Assembly (NCBI GenBank): GCA_021817325.1
Contig: JAKAVK010000022.1
Span: 1,077-65,076, forward strand
Source: Candidatus Micrarchaeota archaeon
GTDB taxonomy: Archaea; Micrarchaeota; Micrarchaeia; Micrarchaeales; CABMGC01
Direction: 5' to 3'
Length of the DNA stretch: 64,000 bases
Positions 18,015 to 26,362 of this stretch are shown here, piece by piece. Each line of letters begins with the position of its first letter. The first letter of the stretch is position 1. The position numbers were made by a program, and so were the translations under genes. Under the pieces are notes generated by a model, which saw nothing but the letters and a program-made list of their open reading frames with translations, was not told the origin of the DNA and ran no database searches.

Positions 18015-19892
18015 ATGGGTAGTAGCGTAGCTTATAGACGAAGCAGATCGGTTGATGGACAGATCCCCCATGGGGCGACAGAATCGATAGTACTGGGTCA
18101 GCGTACAATGGTCTTCGAATTGGAGGAAGTCAGGCGGCAGCTTGCTGGATTCAAGCCAGAGCCTGCCGAAGAGTTCGTGGGCCTGGTTAATAGCATATTC
18201 ATGGGGACTATTCACACGAGGTGGAGAGCAGACACTGAGAACATACTAAACGGCTTCGATAGGGAGCTTAGCAGCAAACTGGAAAGGAAGGAGTATGAAG
18301 AGGTGCATGGAGAGCTGCGCAGACTTGTAGGCAGTCTGGACACGCATAGGGATAGGATAACGAGGTCCAACAACGGATCCGGGTCCAAAGTCAGCGACCC
18401 CCTTTACGACGTGACATTTGATAAGATGGTCAGGGCGCTGCCATACCTACGGCGAAAGGTGATTGAGGTAGGGGAGAAGCACAGCTGCCCAGACGCGGCT
18501 GAAAGCACATCAAGGAAACTTGAAGAGTTAGGAGACACTCTATTACAGATGAAAGGCGACGGTGCACGCAAACTTGCTGCTGTGGTACTTGGCAATTGGT
18601 TCAGCGGATCGAGAAGGAGCCATATCAATGGCGGCACTGATGAATACGTTGCGCAATATTTCATGAATCACCACGACAATCCAGTCGCCACGATGTTCAT
18701 CGCGGTAACCAAACTAGGGCCGGAAGCCAGCCCCAGAAATGGCCCGGATATTTCAGAGCTTATGCTCTACGAGAGACTGGCTGCAGCAGGCTTCAAGAAA
18801 GTTGTGCTGCTTGATGAGTTTCCTACAGTCCAGGGCAATGTGAATCTCTTCGACAACAACAGATACGTTGATGAACTTAGGCAGATGATGAAAGGACGCA
18901 TTGAGGTAGAAGTGGTCCGATTTCCAGAGATTAATACCGAGAAGTTCGGTGGTGTCAGTAAGGCGGTTGACGGATATGTACACGGGCGTACTACCTGGGA
19001 GGAATTCGGCGCGCAGCTTAAGGCCATGTCAGACAGGCCAGGTGCAGCTGCAGAGCAGCTTGCCTCGGATATCTGGTTCAGCTTCCAGAACAATCTCAGG
19101 GCAGTAGTCAGATATGCTGGCAGCTTCGGCGGGAGGGATGCGGTACAGGCTGCGATTTCCGCAACTGCGATGAGCGTCTCGAAGGTCTCCCCAGGACCGG
19201 GTTACCATGACGACAAGCTCTACATCTCGGTTACAAGCAAACACGGAAGACTGCAGATGGGATCAGGTGACGCGCTGCTGCCTAACCACGGCACTGCAGT
19301 TATATATCCGGGCAAGGAAGGCTACGCATTCGCAGTTGCACCACTTTCTGATCTTGTGCAGATGGAGGGGGAGCTGTCAAAGCATTACGATATCATAAGG
19401 CTCGAGGAGAAGGAAGGCGGGAATTATATGGGATATGCACTGGTAGGCAAGGGTAATGAATTTGGCAAGGCCGATCTCAGCCAAGCGCTTCTCAAGTCGA
19501 TACGGCAGAAGGCTAACGCTGGCCAGTCTTGCGTAGGCCTCCTAAATGTACTAATACGTATGGGAGCGCCGAATTCGCTTGTAGAGTCTTACCTTATGAG
19601 AAAGGGCATATACACGGACTCTGTAGAGACGGCAGCTGGCGTTGCTGCAAAGCTTGTCAAAGGCAACATAGACGTAGACGCGGTAGCTATCGGCGTAATT
19701 AAGAGTGATGCAAACCCCATGGCAGTTGCAGACCGCCTACGAGTGATGGCTGAAAGCGACTCTACGATTGATGGCAATCTGGCCGGTTTCCGGAAACTGG
19801 TGGCCAAGATTTATCAAGGGATAGGTACAAATAGTAGCGTGATAATAAACGCTGCCGAGGATGTAGGCACCAAGGAGCTGCTGAGGGATTGA
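18015..19892 (+). CDS. hypothetical protein (625 aa); C-terminal two-thirds paralogous to next ORF, distant DIT1/PvcA-like motifs
   Basis: Track ORF 18003; I prefer ATG 18015, which has GGTG 8 nt upstream. The motifs 'FIAVTKLGPEASPRNGPDISELMLYERL', 'VVLLDEF' and 'YISVTSKHGRLQMGSGDALLPNHGTAVIY' are colinear with the ORF at 19895. The family assignment is from memory only. Confidence 0.5.
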   Translation: MGSSVAYRRSRSVDGQIPHGATESIVLGQRTMVFELEEVRRQLAGFKPEPAEEFVGLVNSIFMGTIHTRWRADTENILNGFDRELSSKLERKEYEEVHGELRRLVGSLDTHRDRITRSNNGSGSKVSDPLYDVTFDKMVRALPYLRRKVIEVGEKHSCPDAAESTSRKLEELGDTLLQMKGDGARKLAAVVLGNWFSGSRRSHINGGTDEYVAQYFMNHHDNPVATMFIAVTKLGPEASPRNGPDISELMLYERLAAAGFKKVVLLDEFPTVQGNVNLFDNNRYVDELRQMMKGRIEVEVVRFPEINTEKFGGVSKAVDGYVHGRTTWEEFGAQLKAMSDRPGAAAEQLASDIWFSFQNNLRAVVRYAGSFGGRDAVQAAISATAMSVSKVSPGPGYHDDKLYISVTSKHGRLQMGSGDALLPNHGTAVIYPGKEGYAFAVAPLSDLVQMEGELSKHYDIIRLEEKEGGNYMGYALVGKGNEFGKADLSQALLKSIRQKANAGQSCVGLLNVLIRMGAPNSLVESYLMRKGIYTDSVETAAGVAAKLVKGNIDVDAVAIGVIKSDANPMAVADRLRVMAESDSTIDGNLAGFRKLVAKIYQGIGTNSSVIINAAEDVGTKELLRD

Positions 19893-19894
19893 GC

Positions 19895-20935
19895 ATGACC
19901 TTAGACAAGAAGTTAGCCATAATACCAAGAGCATCAGTGACATCGTTCAAGGGCAGGGTAAAGCGCAGCATTGCCGATAAGCACATAATGGTAGTGAAGA
20001 AGGCAGTAGGCAAGCGGGAGATACAACGCATACTGGACACTGACGCGCGGCGCATGGTGAAGAGCGGGAATACGCTAAGAAGCTTCCTTGAGACCAACAA
20101 GGTTGCAAGGTACAACGGCTCTGTCGGAGAGTTTGCAGGGATGCTTAAGGGCAGGAAGACGCTGGACTTCCTGATGGTTACCTATATGGGTAAGATGTAC
20201 AACAACCTGAAATCGGATTTCAAGAATCCGGACCTTTCGAATCTTGTCTTTGTTAACCGGGTGAACGCGTTTGCAAGAAAGCTGCACGAGCTCACCGGAA
20301 AGAAGGTGCAGGTGACTATAGCTACTGAGAACGGCCTCTTCGACCGCGACGTATTGAGAATAAAAAGACCCCTGTACAGAAAGCAGCTTGCACAGTTGCA
20401 GAAGCTGATGGATGATTTTGGCATAGAGTACGTAAGACTGAGACCGCTTGACGAGTTCGTAGGCAGCAGATATCAGGGGGCATTTAGGAGGAGCGTATCG
20501 AGATTGAACAAGGATAGGGGCGCGCTGCCTGCTTCTGCCGATTTCAGGCCCGTCTTCGAGACGTTCTACTCGTCTTACCCATCCGATACGTTCAGGGAGG
20601 CGGTCGGCAATTACACCGATAGCAAGACGCAGGAGAGGATAGAGAAGTGGACGCTCGATGCACTGGTCAGATACATGTCATTCCATGCTGCAAGGTCTGA
20701 GACCGACTTTTGGGGAATCAACAAAGGATATATCAGATGCAGTGTGAGCAACAGGAAGGGGGTCCTTGTGTTTGAATATGGGGTGGGTAGAATGTCCCCT
20801 CTCCATGGCATGGCGGTTTATAGGAAGAACGGTGTCTTTACCGAACACTTCTACGATGTAGTAAACGCGTTGCCTGAGGGAAAGCCGCTGACCGTCTGGA
20901 TCTACAAGGACATGCCAGTATGCATAGTTGAATGA
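19895..20935 (+). CDS. hypothetical protein (346 aa), divergent DIT1/PvcA (isonitrile synthase family)-like
   Basis: ATG lies 3 nt after the upstream stop, with GAGGGA 7 nt upstream, suggesting translational coupling. 'NPDLSNLVFVNRVNAFARKLHELTGKKVQVTIATENGLFDRD' and 'YIRCSVSNRKGVLVFEYGVGRMSPLHGMAVY' follow the order PDxGE...SDGxVFxD...RLSIH...TPWH that I recall for Pfam DIT1_PvcA. Key positions are substituted. Confidence 0.5.
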   Translation: MTLDKKLAIIPRASVTSFKGRVKRSIADKHIMVVKKAVGKREIQRILDTDARRMVKSGNTLRSFLETNKVARYNGSVGEFAGMLKGRKTLDFLMVTYMGKMYNNLKSDFKNPDLSNLVFVNRVNAFARKLHELTGKKVQVTIATENGLFDRDVLRIKRPLYRKQLAQLQKLMDDFGIEYVRLRPLDEFVGSRYQGAFRRSVSRLNKDRGALPASADFRPVFETFYSSYPSDTFREAVGNYTDSKTQERIEKWTLDALVRYMSFHAARSETDFWGINKGYIRCSVSNRKGVLVFEYGVGRMSPLHGMAVYRKNGVFTEHFYDVVNALPEGKPLTVWIYKDMPVCIVE

Positions 20936-21173
20936 ACTGGGGTAAAACAGACAGTAACTCTCCACTTGCGGACCTTAATCTCTCATTGTTCATGCCCCCT
21001 TGTAAACTCGTTGATCTTCACGGCTAGGTCGCCATCGTGCATGTGCCTGGTCCCTGGCAGTCTGGTTATATCTTGCACCGCCGCAGGCATGGTATGCCAG
21101 ACGTTGCCCATATAGTAATTATATGTGGCGCTTTTCTTTGATTTTTGGCGTCTCTCGATTTTCGTAGGAAAGG

Positions 21174-21183
21174 TTTAAAATAA
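21174..21183 (+). promoter_or_regulatory. TATA-box candidate inside the 445-bp gap
   Basis: TTTAAAATAA lies 29-38 nt upstream of ATG 21212. Confidence 0.3.
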
Positions 21184-21211
21184 GGGGACTGAATGTTTGA
21201 ATAGTAATGTT

Positions 21212-21313
21212 ATGAACAAGACAGACGCCTTTGTATGCCGAGGTCTTGTGCCTGGCTGGTGCCTTGCTGGAGCGGCAGCATGCTTACCGGCGTGCCCTTA
21301 TGCAATTGCATAA
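21212..21313 (+). CDS. candidate mini-ORF, 33 aa, Cys-rich (MNKTDAFVCRGLVPGWCLAGAAACLPACPYAIA)
   Basis: Below the track cutoff, so I translated it myself. A TATA-like box sits upstream. A T6 run at about 21325-21331 follows it, and AGGTGA lies before the next ORF. Codon usage is somewhat atypical (cga, tta, att), so it may be non-coding leader. Confidence 0.25.
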   Translation: MNKTDAFVCRGLVPGWCLAGAAACLPACPYAIA

Positions 21314-21380
21314 TGGCTTGCTAATCTTTTTTGATGGTCTTTATGCGATACAAAACTATTAGGTTCAACCAGGTGAAGAT

Positions 21381-22637
21381 GTGGCACTAGAGAAGCGCAG
21401 GGGTTTGGCAGAGATAGTGTCTCGGAATGCGGAGAAGGTAGATTATCTGGCTGGAGTAGAGCCCACGTTTCCTGAGGTCAGGGATCTTTTCGGCGGCGTA
21501 CGTATGTTTGCATCGTTTTCGCATCCCGCACCAGATCCCATAGCAAGAGAGCTGTGGGGGCAGATCGTCTTGCTGGAAACGGCGAAGGAAGCAGGCCTGC
21601 TGAGGGATGGTGTACGCGTATCTGGCCACGCAGTATCCTCTAAGTATGCCGAGAATCTGGCATATGATTATGGAGTCCCGGCGCACTGGAGCAACAGGCA
21701 TGATCCTGGATACAACAGGATAGGCATGGGCAACTTTCCAGAGATCCTAAAGCCGTATATACCATTTTTCCTCCAGTCATTAAGGAAGACTTTGGATCTA
21801 GATACACTCGCCACAGTCACTGCAAAGAGCTTTGGCAGGGATGAAGAAGCGGCCCGCAGGGCGCAGGAGGTTGTGAAAATATTTGAGCCGTTGACCCCCA
21901 TAAGCAAGAAGGGCAAGACAGAAGCATTGCCTGGACTGTTAGCTGCAAGGTCGCGCGCATTTGACCTTATGGGAATAGACCATATAGAGGAGAGGGCGGC
22001 GTCGGGGCTCATGAAAACGGTCGCTAAAGCATTGGAACTCCTAGAGAAAAAAGGGCTGCCATTCTATCTGATGCCCTTGACGGATGAGTTCAAGGCTGGC
22101 GGCTACCTGCGTGCGATAGACAGCGAGAAGATACGCAAGAAGGTGGTAATAACAATGGATGGATCACAGCCTGTCTATACATTCGAGGACACTGTCTTTA
22201 AAACACCCGATGGCACTGTCCTTAAAAAGACAACCGAGGTGCGTGGCGACGAGATTTACGGGCTTATTGAATCCGGTGTTGTGATACCTACGGTGCCAAC
22301 CTTTCTGCTTGCAGTGATGGTAGGGCCACAGATACCGCAGATGGGAGGGAGGGACTGGAGGGCCTATGCGCCCCATCTGATAGACACTACGGTACAATGG
22401 ATCAAAGAATCTGGAAAACACGGCTACGACGCGGATTTGGGGAGGGCGTTATTCCTATGCACAGAGGGATACGATCCTTTCAAGGTCATATATAGGGGAA
22501 GGGATGGACAGCATCTCTCTAGGCATTTTAGCATGGGCTATGTGACAATGGGTGGGGATGAGATTAGCAATTCCCTGGTTTCGGATACGACGATAGTTGG
22601 AAAGTACGGCGTTGTTGGGGTATCTTTGAGGCATTGA
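21381..22637 (+). CDS. hypothetical protein (418 aa), possibly third member of the paralog set
   Basis: GTG start with AGGTGA 5 nt upstream. 'YLMPLTDEF' echoes the 'LDEF' motif of the two upstream ORFs. 'ALFLCTEGYDPFKVIYRGRDGQHLSRHFSMGYV' is only loosely similar to their C-terminal motif. Confidence 0.5.
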   Translation: MALEKRRGLAEIVSRNAEKVDYLAGVEPTFPEVRDLFGGVRMFASFSHPAPDPIARELWGQIVLLETAKEAGLLRDGVRVSGHAVSSKYAENLAYDYGVPAHWSNRHDPGYNRIGMGNFPEILKPYIPFFLQSLRKTLDLDTLATVTAKSFGRDEEAARRAQEVVKIFEPLTPISKKGKTEALPGLLAARSRAFDLMGIDHIEERAASGLMKTVAKALELLEKKGLPFYLMPLTDEFKAGGYLRAIDSEKIRKKVVITMDGSQPVYTFEDTVFKTPDGTVLKKTTEVRGDEIYGLIESGVVIPTVPTFLLAVMVGPQIPQMGGRDWRAYAPHLIDTTVQWIKESGKHGYDADLGRALFLCTEGYDPFKVIYRGRDGQHLSRHFSMGYVTMGGDEISNSLVSDTTIVGKYGVVGVSLRH

Positions 22638-22639
22638 GG

Positions 22640-23770
22640 TCACTTTAGCATTACGCCGTCCAGCTTGTCCTTAAGATGCTCCTTCTTCTTCCTGTGTTCC
22701 TCGAGGAATCTATTGATCTTCTTTGCGAGGTCGACTTTGTGGTCTCCTGCAAGCAGAGTGCCGTCACGCTCTCCCTTGAATATCTTCTCCAGCTTATTAT
22801 CGTCAGGCTCGAAGAGGAACTTGTTGTATTGGCAGACGGCGCACTTCTCCGGATCCCCGCCGTACTTCTTCTGCAGTTCTGCTGTCGCCTGCTGGCCTGT
22901 TATCGCCTTGTTCACCTTCTTTGCCACGACCTCAGGCGCATCGTCGAGGTAGATGGTGTTGTCAGGGTCGCTTGAAGACATCTTAGGGTTGCCCTTGAGC
23001 CCAGGCATGAACTTCGCGTGCATTATCGCAGGTTTATAGTATCCCATCTTCTCGATCGCGTTCCTCGCTACCCTGAAGTGCACGTCCTGGTCAACACCAA
23101 GCGGTATTACACAGGGGATGTTCCTGCCGGCCTCGACTGACTTGATGAATGCGGGCACCGCCTGCATGCTCGGATAGAAGAGAGTACCGACGTTCGTCTC
23201 ATTAGTGAAGCCATACGCGTCCTTTGTTATTGAATAGGTTATGTACTTTGCCACCCGTACCGCATGTTTGTAGAGTTTCCCGGCGTACTCGGTGTTGAGG
23301 AAGAGCCTTGTCTTCTTTGTGTCGAAGCCCAGCGCCATTATATTCAGCGCATCGGCATACGCGAGCTCATGCACCTTCTCGAGCGTCAGTTTTGGGTCCC
23401 TCTTTGCAAGGAATTTCTCCTCGTCTGGTATCTCTATGAGGACCTCTGCATCGAACCTCTCCTGAAGCCACTGCGCCATTACAAACGAGGGAAGGTGCGC
23501 TATCGTCATGCCTCCTGAAGGCGCTATTCCGGTGTAGATGTAGAACCTGTTACCCTTCTCGTACTCGTCGAGCAGCCAGTTCATGTCCCTGTTGGCAAAG
23601 AATATTTTCCGCCTTATCATGTAGTGCAGCTCTCCGGCGTCCTTTTTTATGCGCTCCATGAGCCTGTTATCGATAGGCTGTATGCCGAATCGCTCCTCGA
23701 GCCTGCCGTAATCTACCTGCCCCTCAACGTCATATGGTGTTACGCTAAAATCTCCAGGCATCTGAACCAC
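22640..23770 (-). CDS. trpS: tryptophanyl-tRNA synthetase (archaeal/eukaryotic type)
   Basis: 'FYIYTGIAPSGGMTIAHLPSFVMAQWLQERFDAEVLIEIPDEEKFLAK' is colinear with human/archaeal TrpRS '[32 protein letters not shown]...DDEKYL' as I remember it. The KMSKS-equivalent is 'KMSSSDP'. Confidence 0.85.
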   Translation of the reverse strand: MVQMPGDFSVTPYDVEGQVDYGRLEERFGIQPIDNRLMERIKKDAGELHYMIRRKIFFANRDMNWLLDEYEKGNRFYIYTGIAPSGGMTIAHLPSFVMAQWLQERFDAEVLIEIPDEEKFLAKRDPKLTLEKVHELAYADALNIMALGFDTKKTRLFLNTEYAGKLYKHAVRVAKYITYSITKDAYGFTNETNVGTLFYPSMQAVPAFIKSVEAGRNIPCVIPLGVDQDVHFRVARNAIEKMGYYKPAIMHAKFMPGLKGNPKMSSSDPDNTIYLDDAPEVVAKKVNKAITGQQATAELQKKYGGDPEKCAVCQYNKFLFEPDDNKLEKIFKGERDGTLLAGDHKVDLAKKINRFLEEHRKKKEHLKDKLDGVMLK

Positions 23771-23921
23771 ACAGCACTTAGCTATAAGGTGCCTGGTGTT
23801 TTAAGCGTTTCTGTCTTTTTACCGCTCGGTGTCGTATTACATAATAACAAACTTTAGTGTCAAAATTGGAATATTCAGCAAGCCTTAAATATCATGTAAA
23901 TCAGGAAAGCATGTGAGAAAC

Positions 23922-24077
23922 ATGATCTACTCAGGATACGAGAACGGGCACTACTATGTCAGAATAACGAGCGATGTCAAACTGCTTGACGTGCTTGGCA
24001 TGCAGTACAGCGGCTTCAAGTTCCTGGGAGAGTACATGCTCTTCCTTAAGAGAAGGCAGACGATCTCCAACTCCTAG
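23922..24077 (+). CDS. candidate small protein, 51 aa (MIYSGYENGHYYVRITSDVKLLDVLGMQYSGFKFLGEYMLFLKRRQTISNS)
   Basis: Below the track cutoff, so I translated it myself. Codon usage resembles the housekeeping genes (gag, aag, ttc, tac, ata). A TATA-like 'CCTTAAATATC' lies 25-38 nt upstream. I prefer it over the antisense track ORF 23931..24188. Confidence 0.4.
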   Translation: MIYSGYENGHYYVRITSDVKLLDVLGMQYSGFKFLGEYMLFLKRRQTISNS

Positions 24078-24312
24078 CGTACAGAATAATGCATAATGCA
24101 TAAAAAAAGGGGGTTGTACAAGATACCCAGTGCATGGTGTCGGTTTGGAGAATAACATCAGAAAATTGCCCGTCGGAGGGGATCGCATTGCAAGGCAGCA
24201 GAGTACTGAGATACAGATTTTGCTCAGAGGCTATAATTTTTACGGCATGCGGCTGGAGTCGGGCGCTTCGACAGCAAGTGGAGCAGTCGTGGTGCGCAGT
24301 GGCTTTTTGATT

Positions 24313-24633
24313 ATGGCAAGACGCCTTATAGATCGCGCCGCAGTGGATCAGGCCGGTTTGACCGAAGTTCTAAACGCGGCTAGGTGGCTAGCTCTGAAGG
24401 AGCTTAAAATATCACAGGAAAGCGGCATGGTGAACAGGAGGATCACTGCCTTGGAGCTTTGCGATACCACGGTGGCTGTTGCCGCACAGGCAGGACTGGA
24501 AGTGAAAGCAGAGAGGGAAGTTGGTGCTCTTGAACTGAAGGTATTGAGGAGATGGTTGGGCACAGCAGAAAGCCGGAATTTAAATAGCTTGCCACGTCAC
24601 CCAGCGGACAAACCGCCAGACGAAGGCGCATAA
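24313..24633 (+). CDS. uncertain: hypothetical helical protein (106 aa) or non-coding structured region
   Basis: This is the internal ATG of track ORF 24130..24633. The stop is followed by the hairpins GGCCG...CGGCC (24634-24660) and CCACA...TGTGG (24680-24693). Codon usage is atypical (gaa, ttg, cta), and long ORFs are open in several frames. Confidence 0.3.
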   Translation: MARRLIDRAAVDQAGLTEVLNAARWLALKELKISQESGMVNRRITALELCDTTVAVAAQAGLEVKAEREVGALELKVLRRWLGTAESRNLNSLPRHPADKPPDEGA

Positions 24634-24699
24634 GGCCGGTTGACCCAGAACAGTACGGCCCAAAGAGCATGGGGTTCTTCCACATCTGTGTGGTTATTA

Positions 24700-26358
24700 T
24701 TACCCGGGCGGCAGGTCGTAGTGCGGCTGCTTTACTAGGTTGTAGAATTTAACCCCTAGTTCCTCTTTTACCTTGGCAGAGTACTGGGCTTCCTGACCCC
24801 ACACGGCCCACCTCCTTACGAAGCGTTCCGCGTCTTGCTGTGAGCCGGACGATTGTATCCCGAGCACCTCCCTAGTCATCGATGTGACAATACTATGGAA
24901 CTTGTCGAAATCAACTGTGAAGAGGCTACCATCGAATTTGATTGCACCGGACTCAAGGAAGTAGTTTAGCTTCATCAGATTGCCCACATAGTGTGCGTCC
25001 CTTCCTATCCTTGGTTCAGTCACCGGAAGATTCCTCATAAGCCCGTCCTCCACCCATACCCCGAGCATCTCTTCGGGGGTATATAAGCCCTTATTCACAA
25101 GAAGGGGCATGTTGTACATTGCGAGTAAGTCCGCCTTGAGCTCCTCTATGGTGTTGTGCCATTTACCCAGTGCGGTAGTGACATCCACATTGCCAGTTGT
25201 CCTCTTTGGCCCTAGCGAGTGGCTCACTTCATGGCCCATGGTTGAGTTGGTCATGTTCTGTGTGCTCACGTATCTGTGCAGGCTCGGCTCCACCATCCGC
25301 TCCAGCATGGCGGGATCGGTCCTGAATCCAGCAATCACGTTGCGGAATATGAGAATCTTCCTGCCCTCTTGGTCGAGCACCTTCTCGTCATTTGGGAGGG
25401 TTTGCGCGATGGTTATGTGTGGCCTGTGAGCATTGTAGTCGCCACTCATTGCAACTATGTCCACCATAGAGACCGGCACCACTATATCTGACATCTTCTT
25501 TGCGTGTGACTGCGGCTGCGGCAGGTTTTCCTCGAGTTCCTGCATTAGGCTGGCATAGCCTGACAGGCGGGCCGATTCTTCCGGAAGGTTCACGGTTACC
25601 ATGCCTGCATAAGCTGCCTTCTTGCCCAGCACGCGGTCGTGGTACGTCTCCAGCGGACCGATTATGACGTCGAGGTGCTGTGCCGGGGTCTTGACCCATA
25701 ACACATCGCTCGGATAGTAGAAGTCGCTTGTAAGGGAGTCGCCTCTCGCACGCAGATATCTAGCAAGGCCGCTGTCCTCCATCACCGAGGCGGCGCTCCT
25801 CAGCGAGGCTCTTGTTTGTGAGAGGGTTTCCGCATACTCGTATGCGAACGGCGTTGTGCTTATCGATGTTCCGTTAGTTGATACTATGGTGGTCTCTGAG
25901 AATATTGGTGACGATGGGTCGGTAATTCCTTTAGCCTGCAGAAAACCAGCCATGAAGTCATCAGTTATGACACGGGCTGGGTCCCGATAATTGGTGCCGC
26001 CAGACTTCTCAGGGAGCGGCTCTATGCCCTCGAATAGGGGAACCGTTTCGCTTTTTGGCGTGATGGCAACCGGCCCGTTGAAGATACTGTACGCATCGAG
26101 ATTGGCCATCGCCACCTCGTTGCCTCTCTTAACATCGCTTACAAGCTGCTCGTAGACTTCGTGGCTCTGGGGATGATCCTGCCTGTGGAACAATTCCTCC
26201 ATGCTTCGGAGGGCCTTTGCCAGGTCAGGCAGCGCCCTGAGCTGGTCCTGGGGAACGTTGCCCAGATCCGGCTCGAATGTAAATCTCCTGAGCCTTGCTG
26301 GATTGAGAAACGTCAGATTTAACTCCTCAACAGGTCTGTATTTGAATCTTTCTGCCAT
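24700..26358 (-). CDS. zinc metallopeptidase-like protein (HExxH; DPP III/M49-like second motif)
   Basis: Trimmed from the track start 26466 to ATG 26358, which lies 4 nt after the upstream ORF stop. 'GHEVSHSLGP' is followed about 30 residues later by 'EELKADLLAMY'. Confidence 0.6.
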   Translation of the reverse strand: MAERFKYRPVEELNLTFLNPARLRRFTFEPDLGNVPQDQLRALPDLAKALRSMEELFHRQDHPQSHEVYEQLVSDVKRGNEVAMANLDAYSIFNGPVAITPKSETVPLFEGIEPLPEKSGGTNYRDPARVITDDFMAGFLQAKGITDPSSPIFSETTIVSTNGTSISTTPFAYEYAETLSQTRASLRSAASVMEDSGLARYLRARGDSLTSDFYYPSDVLWVKTPAQHLDVIIGPLETYHDRVLGKKAAYAGMVTVNLPEESARLSGYASLMQELEENLPQPQSHAKKMSDIVVPVSMVDIVAMSGDYNAHRPHITIAQTLPNDEKVLDQEGRKILIFRNVIAGFRTDPAMLERMVEPSLHRYVSTQNMTNSTMGHEVSHSLGPKRTTGNVDVTTALGKWHNTIEELKADLLAMYNMPLLVNKGLYTPEEMLGVWVEDGLMRNLPVTEPRIGRDAHYVGNLMKLNYFLESGAIKFDGSLFTVDFDKFHSIVTSMTREVLGIQSSGSQQDAERFVRRWAVWGQEAQYSAKVKEELGVKFYNLVKQPHYDLPPG

Positions 26359-26362
26359 TCGA

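Noticed and set aside
23931-24188. 85-aa minus ORF
   Set aside because: Its N-terminal half is implausible. The + strand 51-codon ORF over the same DNA has better codon usage and a correctly spaced TATA-like box. Confidence in either ORF is limited.
24231-24699. Possible RNase P RNA or SRP RNA
   Set aside because: A few short strings resemble RNase P conserved regions. I could not form the P4 helix (no complement to the candidate 5' strand) or find the ACAGAA...GGCUUA block. No SRP helix-8 motif is present either. It is kept only as an ambiguous region in findings.
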